Shown one piece after another: positions 37,166 through 51,200 of a stretch of 64,000 nt of DNA. Position numbers and translations under genes: made by a program. Origin of the DNA: the human T2T-CHM13v2.0 reference genome, Homo sapiens. The notes beneath the pieces were generated by a model, which was given only the letters and a program-made list of their open reading frames with translations, ran no database searches and was not told where the DNA came from. Position 1 is the stretch's first letter. Each line of letters opens with the position of its first letter. The DNA lies in the NCBI RefSeq assembly GCF_009914755.1, contig NC_060929.1; one strand, written 5' to 3'.

Positions 37166-37249
37166 TTAAATGTTGTTTTTAGTTGCCACGTTTTGTGGTC
37201 ATTTGTTACATAGCATTGGATAACTAATACAAAGTGCCTTATAGTTGGT

Positions 37250-37790
37250 CTTTTAAAATTTATTTTTGAGCACAATTTGGACCATTTAAATGTGTAAATT
37301 TGTATTTAGTTCTTCAAATTAGAAAATAAATTAATTGATAAGTAAGCCTCTTTGCTTCTTATTTTTTCTGAAATTCCCTTAATTCTAATGTAGATGTCTG
37401 GACTATACCTCTCATTTTGTTATCTTCTTTTTCCCATTTTCCTCCTCTTTGTCTTTATTTTACTTGCTGGGAAATTTCTTCAATTTTATCTTCTAAACCT
37501 TCTGCTGAATTTTCAACTTCCACTATTGTGTTTTTAATGTCTAGGAACTCTTTCTTTCTTATTCATATACTATTCTTTTCTATAGCCCTCATTTTCCATG
37601 GCTGAAAAATTTTTCATTTATTTCTTAGAAAATAATAATTTTAGAGTTTTTTTGGACATTTTTTTCTTCTTTTTCTGCACTGTTTCAAAATTTTCTGATT
37701 GCCTTCTACATTTTATTCATTTGGATCCCTGTCTATTATGTTGGAGTCTTTTGTTTTTCAAATATTTGATGAGTCTTATCTCTCTATTAA
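37250..37790 (-). mobile_element. HAL1/L1M remnant
   Basis: ctgggaaatttcttcaattttatcttctaaaccttctgctgaatttt...ggaactcttt. Confidence 0.55.
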
Positions 37791-37792
37791 TA

Positions 37793-37965
37793 TTTTAACA
37801 GCTTTGTTGAGCTCTAATTAACACATAATAAATTACATATGTTTAAAATATATAACTTAATATTTATGACATATATATGCCTATGAAGCCATTATTACAT
37901 TCAAGGAAATGAACATAACCATCACATTCCCCACAACCCCACCAAATTTTCCTCATGCTCTTTTT
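37793..37965 (-). mobile_element. L1MC/L1MD 3' end fragment
   Basis: ttttaacagctttgttgag...tgaagccattattacattcaagg..atgaacataaccatcac. Confidence 0.75.
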
Positions 37966-38072
37966 CTCAGTTATTTATGTTTAAGAACAAAATAATACAA
38001 AGTCAATTGGAGTCTATGGGTTTCTGGGGCATGTTGAATAATGGCCTTCGTCAGGAGTGGCTGGGTAGTGAC

Positions 38073-38596
38073 TATATTAGTTATATATTGCTGCATAACA
38101 AATTACCCCATAATTAACAACTTAAAACAAAAAACATTTACCATTTCAGGTTTTTGGGCCATGGTCTCTGGCACAGGGTCTCTCCAAAGGTTGAAGTCAG
38201 GATGTTGTCAGAGGCTTCGGACACATCAAAGTTCAACTATGGGAAGAGTCACTTACAAGCTAATTCACATGATTATTGACATGCCTCATGTTTTTGCTGG
38301 CTGGCGATCAAAGACATGACTTTTTTTGCCATTTGAGCTTCTCATCAGAGCAGCTCAACATGACAATTGGTTTATTTCAGAGGAGTGAGTGAATGAGAAA
38401 GTTAAAGTCCCTAAGAGAGAAATTACAATCTTTTTGCAACCTAGCTTTGGAAGTGGTATCTCATCACTTCTGCCATATTCTATTCATTAGAAATGAATCA
38501 CTAAGTCCAGGTCACATTCAAAGAAAGAGATTACACAGGAACAGAGATATCAGAGGCTAGGATCACCGGAGGCCATCTTAGAGGCTGCCTTCCATA
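38073..38596 (-). mobile_element. MLT1F-type LTR
   Basis: attagttatatattgctgcataacaaattacccc...catcacttctgccatattctattcattagaa...ggccatcttagaggctgcct. Confidence 0.85.
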
Positions 38597-39624
38597 GGGG
38601 TGAAGCCATTTCCTTGGCAGAACTCTCTAATGTCAGTATCTATAGGCCTTTTTTCTTGTCCAGGACAAAGACATCAGAGAATCTCCTGCCTGGGATGTGT
38701 CACTGGCCTCTGACCTTTAAGGAGAGTAGGGCAGGAGTGAATGTGGAAGTGACAGAGACACAGAGTAGGGGCTCTGAATCTGAGTGTTCCATATGAAGTC
38801 TTTACCTTCATTCAGTACAACATACTTGCTGTCTTTGAAGGTTTTTAAGTAGTAAAATGAAATGATCAGAATTCTGTTTCAAAATTATTCTGACAGCTGT
38901 GCAGATTAAACAAGAAATACTTAGAGATATTGGACCATTTCTGGACCTACTGGAATAGAATGGTGGCAGCGATTATGAAAGATTGGAAGAGTTGCCTTAC
39001 CAGAGAAGCAATTGCTTGCCATAGCAACTATACAGATTTGGGGTTGGGGAAACAGGGGTATATAAGAGACCACATTCTTTTTCCTCTGTTTTCAGCCTCT
39101 GAGTGACTCCACTGTTGCTAGTTAGAAGATATAATGGTGTAAGACTTTAGGCTTCAGTCTAAACCACTAAGAATCCCTAAATGTTAATATCCCACCACTG
39201 TTTTATTCCATAAGTTCTTAACTGTGAAGTCTTGACAGGCTGGCTTACTTCCATAATTGTGAGGTACATTAGAAATTATTTATTGCTAATAATAGATAGG
39301 GACAAAGTCTGGAGAATATTCATTCTTTTGAAATCTGCTATGTTGGGTTTGCTGCATCCCTATAATAGCACTCTCATTCTCATTCATTTAAATATGGTTA
39401 AGGATCCTGAAAAAATTCTGGGTATAACCCAGAATCTATATGTTCTATGTGGTGATCTTTAGTAACCTGAGTCAGTAAAGCTAGAGTTTAAAATGGAATT
39501 GAGGACCCTCGTACTCTTTAAATAAAAATAGGTGAAAATGCTCATATGAAAGCAGGCAGACCTCCCTCTGTAACTGTGCTCCCAAAGTGAGACAGGCACC
39601 AGGAACATAGGTACTAATTTTGCC

Positions 39625-39697
39625 ATATATACACATATATATGCATAAATAAATATATATATACACATACATATATATGTGTATATATATATATTTA
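39625..39697. repeat. (TA)/(TACA) low-complexity tract
   Basis: Directly visible. Confidence 0.85.
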
Positions 39698-39989
39698 TAA
39701 TTAGCTTTTGCAGGTCACACAAAATGATTTTAAAAGGAAATCAAAGAAAGTTGATTGGTAGACATTATATTGCCTCTTAGAACAAATGAATTTCTACTGA
39801 GGGGAAGAGGGAATAGAAACCCGTCTCCTTACATTCCTGCACAGCCACATTGCATAAAAGCCTACCAGAGACTAGGAATCAGGTTAGGCACTGTGGTTAT
39901 CACTGTGCCACCTAGCTGCACATCTAAGTAGGGGCTTCGACTAGTACACAAATGTATAGAGAGGGACACGAGCACAATTTGTAAATCTT

Positions 39990-41740
39990 ATCTGTTGACA
40001 AATGCCAGTCCTATATAGAGATCTTTTCAATACACGGCAAGTAGAAGAAAACCTACAAATAACTTCTAAATTATTGCAAGGCAAGAATGATACATCATTC
40101 CATATATCCAGAAGAAAATAAACTTTTAAAAATTATTTGCTGCAGGAACTGGAAAGAAGGTACAGAAAATTACTTGGTATACACAAAAGGATATATGTTA
40201 TAATATTTATAAAATAGGGGCTGAAAGTCGCAAGAATAGAAAAGTCAGAGGAAAAAAAGATTTGAAATGAAGAAGCATGGCAGAAGTGAAAGTATCATAG
40301 TAAAAGCAGTTAAAGACAAACAGAAAACACATTATAAAACATAAATCAGTGATATGGATTGCCAATTCAAGATAATCTCCAAAGCTCAGAGGAAATTGTA
40401 AAGTGAAAACGAAGAGAGGGGAGATTAAAATTGAATAAAAAGATGTTATTAAATCCAGTAATTATGAATTTAAAACCCTCAAAAATTGTCATTGAAGAAG
40501 TATTCAAAGATACCACAGAAAACTTATAGAGCTGAAAAATGACTTGAATATGTATATTGAAATGACTTACTATACCAGTTCAAAAAACTGAATACTAAAG
40601 AAAAAATAAACTATAAGAACAAAAGCAATATTCTACAAATATTGGGACAGAAAAATGAGCAAATATTAGTTTATGTATATAAAGAGAAGTAAAATCTGCC
40701 TTAGATCTCTCCCTTGCAGTATAAAATCATGAAATAATTAATTTTTGCTCCCAAGAAATTTTAGATTTTCAAGAACTTAGAATAAATTACCCTCCTTATA
40801 CTTTGCATAAGTACTTAAACTAAGAGATTAAGAATGGAGGTAACTCAAAGTTTAATACTACTTTTAACCAAAAAAGAGAATGAGAATAACAAAGAGTAAT
40901 AGTAGTGGCAGAAAGCCATTAGACCTTAAACCCTTTAAGAGCAACAATCTGTTATGTCGTTCTAGAAACTAACACCTAGCCAATAGTTCTACAAAGACTA
41001 GCAGTGAACACTCAATTACATTAAACATAAATTTCAGTCTAAATGATTGTTTTAAATTTGGTTACAAAATTGAATAAAAACAGAATGTTGCTTAAAGAGA
41101 AAATAACAAATGCTTAACATAATTTAATAATATTAATATGGGTCTTAACATATATATTATAGTTTTAAAATACGAGAAGATGAAGTGAAAAAGAAGTAAA
41201 AATGTGGTACATTCCCCCTCTCACATGGAATGAGGAAAGTATCAAAAGGAGGAAGGGATGCAAAATACATATTTTATTATTGACTTTTGAAAACTTTTGA
41301 CATAGAAGGGTTTTCTTTGAGAAATGTAAATATAATCATAAGAATTAAAAACAGAATATATGAGCTCCAAATCACTGGGGTACATCAAAATAAGAAAAAC
41401 TCTTTTAAGTAGAGAAAATACACAGTAAAAACAAGACATAATACAAAACAAAAAGATGGAACACAAGACATATAAAGTGTGACTAAAACTGTCATGAAGT
41501 CCATAGAAGGCAAAGGAAAAACTAAAGTAAAATTAAAGCAAATCAAAGTAATATTATGTAGCTTACATGAGACTGTTGAAACAAAATGATATTAAAAAAG
41601 GAAATGAAAATGATTGTTAGGAAACTCCAAAAATTAAACTATCAAGAGTTGCAATTCTATTTTCAGACAAAGTGGAATTTAAGGCAAAATCATCAAACAG
41701 TTAAAAGAGGGTAATTTTATATTGAAAAATGGTATCTGTT
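39990..41740 (+). mobile_element. Very old L1M/HAL1-like ORF1 to ORF2-start remnant
   Basis: Strong A skew; gaaaacttatagagctgaaaaatgacttga; cagacaaagtggaatttaaggcaaaa (EN motif). Confidence 0.55.
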
Positions 41741-42440
41741 AACAAATCATACATTCTTCATTGACTTTTTAAAATACACACCTAGAATGACATGAAGGAA
41801 ATATGCCAAATTAACAATGATCTTAAGATGGATTATAGACAATGTGTACTTTCATGGTACATGCTGTTACATATTCATACCCATAACGATTCGGAAAGAA
41901 AAAAAGGTGAATGAATGAAAGAAAACCATCTATGAATAAAAGAAACATATACCATAATTCTGAAATAAAATGGTTGCTTTTTAGCTCTTAAAGTTTCTGT
42001 ATCAGCTGTCCAATCATCCCTTTAAAAGAATTCCTTCTCTATTTGCTGAGACTTTTTTTTTTTCCAGTATATTCTTTCTTGTAATTATGTGGCTTTATTT
42101 ACTACCTTTCTTTAACCTGATTCTACCTTCACAATTACTTTCTGGACATCTCTACACAAGTGTCTTAGTGACACTAAAAACTCAGTGTATCTAAAACTGA
42201 AGTAATTTGGTTTCATTAGTCATTAATTAAATTAATAACTATGGAGCACCTACTGTATACTCGGTTCTGTATCAGATTGTGGAGCTACAAAGCAGATGCA
42301 TGCCTTCCAAAAGCTTAGAATCTAATGGCTTCTTCTAAAATTTGTTCTTTTTCCTTTTTCTCTATTTTGGTAAAAGCACTATGAACCTCTGAATTACCTA
42401 GGCTCAACATCTCTGACATTTATTTATTTATCATGATTAT

Positions 42441-42808
42441 TGATACAGCTTGGCTCTGTGTCCCCACTCAGATCTCATGTTAAATTGTAACTCCCAATGT
42501 TGGGTGAGGGACGTGGAGGGAGGTGATTGGATCATGTCGCATATTTCCCCCTTGTTATTGTGATAGTGAGTTCTCATGAAATCTGATGGTTAAAAGTGTG
42601 TGGCACTTCCCTCTTTCCTCTCTGTCTCCTGCTGCCATGTGAAAACGTGCTTGCTGCCCCTTCACACTTCCACCATAATCATAAGTTTCCTGAGGCCTCA
42701 CAGCCATACTTCCTGTATAGTCTGTGGAACTGTGAGTCAATTAATCCTCTGAATAAAATACTCAGTCTCAGGTAGTTCTTTATAACAGTGTGAGAATGGA
42801 CTAATGCA
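42441..42808 (+). mobile_element. MSTA-type MaLR solo LTR
   Basis: TG..CA ends, tggctctgtgtcccca, gaggtgattggatcatg, gagaatggactaatgca; perfect 5 bp TSD ATTAT (42436-40, 42809-13). Confidence 0.94.
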
Positions 42809-43289
42809 ATTATTTTTTAGCTCTTCTCCGTCTCTTGCTTTTCACATCCAAATAGCTGCCTGGAGCTGTTTTTTCAGATTTTGCCTGTTTGTTTGTTTTC
42901 TTTTCTTTTCATCTCTACTACCTACTGTCCAGGTTTCATCTCTCTCACCTGTACTTTTGAAATATAACCTCCTAAATTATCTCATTATCTTCAAATCTCC
43001 ATTTTTTTTCAATCTTATTAACTATTGCGAGTTAATTCATGTCAAAATAGAGCCCCTGGATTCACTCTCCCTGTTGCAGGTTTAGCACGAATGCAGGTAA
43101 ACTGTGGAAATTAATCAAAATATTTAACAACTGAAGGACATGAATCAAAACAGGTGTCAGGCAGATTCTAATGAATCAGAACAGAGGCTGGATGTAAACA
43201 GCCACATACAACTGTACCAGTGCTTTCCAGCACTCCTGGATGTACCCACCCCCACTCCACAGTTAGATGTGTTCTTGGGGCAGAGATTG

Positions 43290-43692
43290 CAATGAGTTAA
43301 TCAGAATCTTTATTGTGTCTTTCCTGGACACAAAGCTGGGAAACTTTTCTAGTTCTACTAGTTCTCATCAAAAGAGTTAAGTGTGAAACTTCTGAGTTAA
43401 GTTAGTTAGGCATGTATACCTCACCCAGGGAAAAGACTTCGAAGGCCAAGAGGACAGTGGAACTACTCTAGGCCTTCCAAGAGGACAGTGGAGCTACTGT
43501 CCTCTAGGTCCTCCAAGGAAAGATCCTGGGTCACTAAGAAAAGAACCTGGGTGACTAAATGACCACATGGTAGGTCATCTCAGAAGGAATACCGCATTTG
43601 GCTGTGATGGAACACAAAATAAATGCTTATTGTATCAAGACACTGCTAGTTTAGGACTTACTTGTTTCTGGAGCTACTATTACCTTGATATA
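43290..43692 (+). mobile_element. MLT1H/I/J-type LTR
   Basis: cctgggtgactaaatgaccacatgg...aataaatgcttattgtatcaagacactg. Confidence 0.55.
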
Positions 43693-45828
43693 TCATCTTC
43701 TCTGTTTCCTCAGCACCCTGTATCCAACTGTGTTACAGAAGCAATTGGCATGTAATTCATATTTTGTTTGTGCATCTATCTCTTTCTTTAAATCCCAAAT
43801 TCCTTGAGAGCAAGAATATTTTCTTTTATCTCCAGAACCTAGAATATATGCCTGAAACTAAATACTCCCTGAAAATATGCCTTTTAAATGTTGCTGTTTT
43901 TAATGAATCCTGTTATTCTAGGAAATATTTCAACAGCTCTAAAACTTTGATGGCATCTCTTTGCTTAAAAAAGAAAAGCTCAAAGTCTTAGGTTGGTTTG
44001 CAAGAGTCATCATTGTCCTGTGAGTCTTCCTATTTCACTTCAACTTTTACATTTAATGCCTTAATCTTCTAGTCATTGTTTTTATAACATTTCCACAATC
44101 TTTTGCTTTAATGATTTTGTTTATACTATTCCTATTAATAGAATGATTTTTTAATGTTTTCATGTTCAAAACCTATTTTCCCCTTAAAGTTTAACTTAGG
44201 TGCCTTGCTATCAATTAAACATTTACTAATTTCTTCCAGCAAGAAGCTTTCTTTCTCTCTAAAAACTCTTATAGCCCTTTACTTTTCTTGTAGCATTTAT
44301 TATTTATTAGTATCATAGGTAGTTATGAACATCACTTATTATACATTTGGTATTTCACAAGCTCAATAAATTTAATATATTTTAAGTATGATATCTTTTT
44401 TAAATACAAGAAGAAATATAACTATTTTCTTATAGTTCACCGATTTATTTAACAGAAAATCTGTTTAAAAACAAGTGCTAAGATATTGAGAGAAGTTTCA
44501 GCTACTATTTTTGTTGACTAGCTAAATAGCTCAACATATTCTAGCAAAGAAAACCACCATAGACCCTTATTCAGTTTAGAATGTTTTTCCCATCTTACTT
44601 CTAAAGTAAAGCTGGCTACAGAATCTTGACTTTAAAAGATGCAATCTTTACAACTGTAGTAGAGTAACAATTGTTCATCTTGCCCCAAAAATATTCCATG
44701 TCCATAAAATAAATACAAAATGTTATATAAATTGATTTTATAGTAAACAGATAATAAAATAATAATTATATATTGGGTGGGTAAAATGTATTTTGTATAC
44801 AGACAACTGATACGATTTTTGTCTACCTGGTTGGTTAATCCGTTTCAGTGTTTTAGTTTTACCTCAATACTCCTCTCAATTTTGATCAGAAAAACACAGT
44901 ACAATTTTATTTGAAGAATCCATCCAGATCATTTAAATTTCTTTGGGATTGATTTTGTAGCATGTGAAGAACAGGTCGTTTGTTCTGTGTGCACAAAGAA
45001 AAACCCTGAATTGATTTAAAATGAACCAGGTCAGTGTAGATCAATTTAGGCAATGATGACCCATGAGGAGATGCAAATTAGGATTCTCCTGCTGAGACCA
45101 AAAATAGATTTCATCAAATTATCTCTGAGCAGATTCTTAAAATGTGTCTAAAAAAAGACAGCCATAAAAATTTCAGTATTCCTATAGCAATATGAATGAG
45201 AAGAAATAGAAGAGTCAGGGATAAAGGATATTTCAACAAAATAATTTCTTAATGTATAGCCTAGTGTTTTTATTATCCACATTAGTGAGTTTAGAAGTAA
45301 AGACATTATTGGAAGAACAAATAAAAGGGCAGACTACTAATGACTTTATGCCAAACGTGTTTGTCATTCATGATTCCTCTTACATAAGTAATGAAAGGTA
45401 GGGTTTAGTTCCTATTACAATGTAAAAGTACTGTGCATTAATGTGTGCACGTACTCCTTACAATGTGTGAGGTGCTTAACAGAACGCTTCTGATTGAAGT
45501 ACCTGGAAAACTAAGAAATCATAGCTAATTCATGAAGCAACTGCACCAAAAACTGGAGCTATTAGTAGCTTTATCTGAGAGTTACATTGTTATAACAGTG
45601 ACAGTGATACCAGGAAGATAATTGCTATTCCTTGTTAACAGTTTCATCTTAGAAAGAGAATGTTTATCTTAGAAAGAAAATGACTTTATAACTTATTTTT
45701 GGCCCAATTTGCTGCAGCACAATTACTCGTTCCCTGTAATCTGTTACCAAAGAGAAGTGAATTCTCCATTCTGAGAACCTCAGATACAAGATATCTGACT
45801 TTAAATTTCTACCGCATACTTTTTTAAA

Positions 45829-46118
45829 TTTTATTTTATTTTATTTTTTTGAGATGGAGTCTCACTCCATCGCCAGGCTGGAGTGCAGTGGTGCAATCTT
45901 GGCTCACTGCAACCTCTGACTCCCTGGTTCAAGTGATTTTCTCACCTCAGCCTCCTAAGTAGCTGGGATTACAGGCATGCTCCACCACGTCCAGCTAATT
46001 TTTGTATTTTTAGTAGAGATGGAGTTTCACCACATTGGCCAGGATGGTCTTGATCTCCTGACCTCATGATCCGCCTGCCTCTGCCATGCAAAGTGCTGGG
46101 ATTACAGGCGTGAGCCAC
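45829..46118 (-). mobile_element. AluS (Sc-like), ~12 nt 5'-truncated
   Basis: tcgccaggctgg (Sc-type 1-nt deletion), aggatggtcttgatctc, aaagtgctgggattacaggcgtgagccac. Confidence 0.93.
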
Positions 46119-46874
46119 GTATACCTTTAAAACTTGATAGTACGGTGCTTATTCAGAGCAAATTTATCAGCAGATGTATTTTAGTTTGGGTGGAACCAGA
46201 GATTACCCAGTGTACGAATTTTAGCCCTGACTATGCTGCAGACTACTTTGGTATAAACCTTGGTTACCTCATCTGAGTTGTCATCTTAGTCAGTCTGCTG
46301 AGTTCTTTTACTATTTCACTTATTAAAAACTAAGGTTCAGTTTTAATTCCAGGAGCAAAAAAAAAAAAAGACCAATGTTATAAGACATCAGCACCACAGG
46401 CAGTGTGATATAGACAAGGAATATTACCAGGGCTAAAAAAGAACATTACAATGTGATTAATAAAAAAAATCAATTCACTAAGAAAAGAAAAACATTCTAA
46501 GTGTGTGTGAACCTAAAAACTCTTTTTGATAATACATAAAGCAAAAAATAATGTAACTGAATAAAGAAATAGACAAATCTGTAATTATACTTGGGTAGTT
46601 CAACAATCCTCTCTTGGCAATTAATATAACAGACAGAAAATCAATAAGGATATAGAAGCCTGAATCAATACTATCCACCAACTTTATGTAATTAACATGT
46701 ATAGAATATTCTAACAACAGCAGAATACAAACTATTTTCAAGTACACATAAAATATCCACCAAGTTAGACAATTTTCTGGCCATAAATCAAATCATAACA
46801 AATTTAAACAAATAAAAAAATCACACCAAGTGAATTATAAGACCATAAAAAAATATTAAACTAAAGAAAAGTAA

Positions 46875-47035
46875 GTCAGGGACAGTGGCATCTCCCAGGC
46901 TACTGATGAGGCTGAGGCAGGAGGAATTTTGGAGCCTAGGAGTTCTGGGCAATAGTGCACTATAATTGCACCTGTGAATAGCCACTGCACTCCAGCCTGG
47001 GCAACATAGCAAGACTCTGTCTCTAAGGAAAAAAA
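46875..47035 (+). mobile_element. FAM (fossil Alu monomer)
   Basis: ggagttctgggc..tagtgcactat..ttgcacctgtgaatagccactgcactccagcctgggcaacatagcaagac; aaagtaa on both flanks. Confidence 0.85.
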
Positions 47036-47878
47036 AAAGTAACAGAAAGATATATGGAAAATGACTAAATATTTGGAAGTAAACAAAACACTTCTAAATA
47101 ACCTATGAGTCAAAGAGGAAATCACAGGAAATCACATGAAAAATTAGAAAATATTTTAAATTAAAAGAAAATGAAAGCACTGACAAAATTTGGGAGATGC
47201 AGTTAAAGCAATACTTAGAGGAAAATGTATAAAGGAAGGTGTGTAACATTAAATGTTTATATTAGAAAAAAAACCTCTTGAATCAGTGAACTAAGCCTCC
47301 ACTTTAAGAAACTGGTAAAGAAAAGCAAATTAAACCCTTAGAAGGAAAGGGAGGTATAATAGATAAGAGGTGCATTAATCAATGAAAGTGAAAAAAACAA
47401 TAGAGTAATTGAAAACCAAATCCTTGTTCTTCGTAAAGATTAAAAAAAAAAAGATAAACCTCTAGCCAGACCTACCAACCAAAAACAGGGAGACAATACA
47501 AATTATCAATATTAAAATGAAAGACAGAACTTAGACATGAAAATCATCATAATAAAATATTACAAACAATTAGATGCAATGGGCAAATTCCTTGAAAGGT
47601 ATAAACTATAAACTACCAAAGTTTACTCAAGAAGAAATGGATAGCATGATTACTTTGATATATGTTAAAGGAACTCAATTCATAGTTAAATCCTTCCAAG
47701 AAAAAAAATGCCAAGCACAATGAATATAACAATTAATTCTTCCACACTTTTAAGAAAGATATAATGCCAATTTTACAAAATCTCCATGAAAGTAACATTT
47801 CGCAATTCATCTCATGAGGCCAGTGCTGCCCTGATATTAAAACAAACAAAAAAGGATGTTACAGGAAAAACCTAGTGA

Positions 47879-48223
<345 letters not shown>

Positions 48224-51200
48224 TAAACAAAATGAGAGCAAATCGAATCTACTAATATATTAACACAAAAAGGATAACAAATTATGAGCAAGTGGGGTTC
48301 ATCCCAAGACTGCAAGGCTCTTTCAACATTGAAAAAATCAATCATAATTAACCACATCACTAAAAAAGAAAAACCGTTATAGGTCTCTTTCAACAGATGA
48401 AAAACAAGCTTTTAATAAAATTCAATATTCATTCATAATAAAAACTCTTTGAAAATGAAGAATAGAAGAAAACTTCCTCAACCTGATAAAAGGGATCTAT
48501 GAAAATCTACAGCTTCCATTCTACATAATGATGAAAGCAGAATGCTTTGCCTCTAAGATCAGGAACAGTGCAAGGATGTTTGCTCTCAGCACTTCTATTT
48601 AACATTAATAAAAATTGTCTTTATTTGAAGTTCATAGGTTTATCTTTTAAAAATCATTTGAAATCCATAAAAGAAGAATCTACAGAAGAATAATCTACAA
48701 AATGAGGTTAGTTAGGTACATTAGAACTAGTGAGTTTAGCAAGGTTTAGTGATAAAAGGCCAGTATACAAAAACCAATTGTAATTCTATACACTAGCATT
48801 TAATAATTAGAAATTACAATAAAAAGATATACAACAACAAAAACATAAAATATGTTACATATAAATCTGAAAAATATGAAGAATCTATATGCAACAAAGT
48901 AAAAAAATTGATAAAAGAAATCAAAACAGATCTAAATAAAAGAGGTGTACAGTGTTCATGAATTGAAGGAGTAAATATTGTGAAGATGTCAATACTTTTT
49001 AAACTAATATAGAGATGCAATAATCACAATCAAAATCTTGAAGGATTTTATATAGTAATAGATAAACTGATTATAGAACTTGCTTGGAGAAGCAAAATAA
49101 CTAGAATAACAAAAGCAATCTTAAAAAATAAAAATACTATCTGGTTTCAAGCCTAAAGAGCTACAAAAAGTCAGAGAGTGTGGTATTGACCTCAAGACAG
49201 ACAATTAGATCAATGGAACAGAAAAAGATTTGAGAAACATACCTGCACATACACAGTCAACTGCATTTTGACAAGGTTCAAATGCAATTACAATGGATAA
49301 AGAATGATCTCTTAAAACAAATGGTGCTGGGACAATTGGACTCCCATATGTAAAGAAAAAAAGAGGAACTTTGACACATACCTTCCATGAGATTAAAAAA
49401 GTAACTAAAACTAGATCATAGACTTAAATAAAACCCCAAAATTATAAAACTTCTACAAGGAAATGGAATAAAATTCTTTTTGGGTTAGGCAAGATTTCTT
49501 AGTTACTATACGAAAAGCATGACTTATTACATTTTTAAAAATTAATAAATTGGACTTCATCAAGAATAAAAACTTTTCCTCTGTGAAATATAATGCTAAG
49601 AGACTATAAAGACATACCACAGATAAGAATATTTACAAAACAAATCTCTGACAAAGGATTTATATTCACTATGCAAGAAAAAACACCTATTAAATCACAT
49701 TAACTTAATAAAAAGCTAGATAAAAGTGAACAAATGATTTCACAAAAGAAGATACCTGAATAAAGATGTATGGATGCTGAGTACAAGAGAATTTGTTCTA
49801 CATAATTAGTCATTCAGTAAAGATTTAAAACCACAATGAGATACCACTGCAAACCTATAAGAATGGCTACAGTTAACAAACAACCAAAATACTGACAATA
49901 CCAAGTGCTGAAAACTAGAACTCTCTTATGTTTATGATGGGAAAGCAAATGTTACAGCAACTTTAGAAAACAGTTTGGTTATTTTTTATACACATACTTA
50001 CCATATAATCTAGAATTTCACGCCTCGGTATTTAGCCAGGTGAAATAAAAATCTGTTTGTTCAAAAACTTTTACATAAATGTTTATAGTGATATATATGG
50101 TCATCAAAAAAAACTGGAAATCAAATGTCCTTGAATTGATGTATGAATAAAAACCTAGTATATCTATATAATTAAATCTGCAATATAAAGGAATTTACAC
50201 TAATTGCATTATTACCAATATGTACAAAAACATATTGGATGAATCTCAGATGCATTATGCTAAGAGAAGGAAGTCACCTAAGAAAGAATGTAGGTGCTAT
50301 AAGATAAAATGGAATGCAAATAAGATTTTCTGATGGAAATGTTGGTATATATTAGAAGGAATTATTCCAACTTTTAATAAACATGCCTACAAATATCATA
50401 GATAATAATATATGATGTATATTCATGTATATGTAATGTAATATAGTATCTTTATCATAAACCCCTTAAGGATAGAAATTGTGTTTTTCCACCAATACTT
50501 ATAATGTATTTAATTAAAAAGTTTTTTCATCAATTATATATTTAAGATCCTATGCACATTTAAGTGCTTTACTTTTGTTACTTTTATTTCATCTCAAATT
50601 AATCTTTCAACTGTTAATTTTGTTCATTAACTACATGAACAAAAATTGAATACCAAAACTGTGGTATTCAATTTTGGAAATTTTAGCTGCAGGCTAATTT
50701 TAAGTTGATATTTTTGTTTCTTCCCTCTCTTCTCTACCCCTCACTTGTTGTCCTCCTTCTTCCTTTGCGCAATTTTCTCTTTGTCTTTGTTTTGTCATCT
50801 TTTTTTTGTTTTTTTTTCAGGTTGTCTCCAGTGCTCTAGTACAAAACAAGATCATATGTTGGCTTTGAGGAGCTCCTGATCTTTATTTCTATGAGGATAC
50901 TGCTAATTAACAATCTGGCAGGGGGCTTAACTCAGTTACTAGTTTAGGGATTTCTATCTGTGTTCTCTGAATTTTCCAGGAGTGCAGCCTGACACAAGGC
51001 ATAGGCCCTGGCAGCATGAATAGTAGCTGTCTAGTAGCTAAGGCCCCTCTGCAGGAGAGATGGGTGCTGGCTGAAACTACGGCACTAAGCCTAGCTATAA
51101 TCTAGGGTGCATTTATTCCCTGATACCTCTCCTAGCAACTAATCTCATGGAAGTCTCTACCTGCTTTTAACCACTCAGTTGAAATCCATTCATTAATTTC

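Noticed and set aside
36704-37213. Longest ORF in the track (169 aa)
   Set aside because: Antisense to a decayed L1 5'UTR; no domain or other coding evidence.
39905-39918. CTCF-like gtgccacctagctg
   Set aside because: Mismatch at a near-invariant C of the core motif.
45053-45128. C/D snoRNA-like layout (ATGATGA...CTGA...CTGA)
   Set aside because: No terminal stem and no recognisable rRNA/snRNA guide; the motifs are common by chance.
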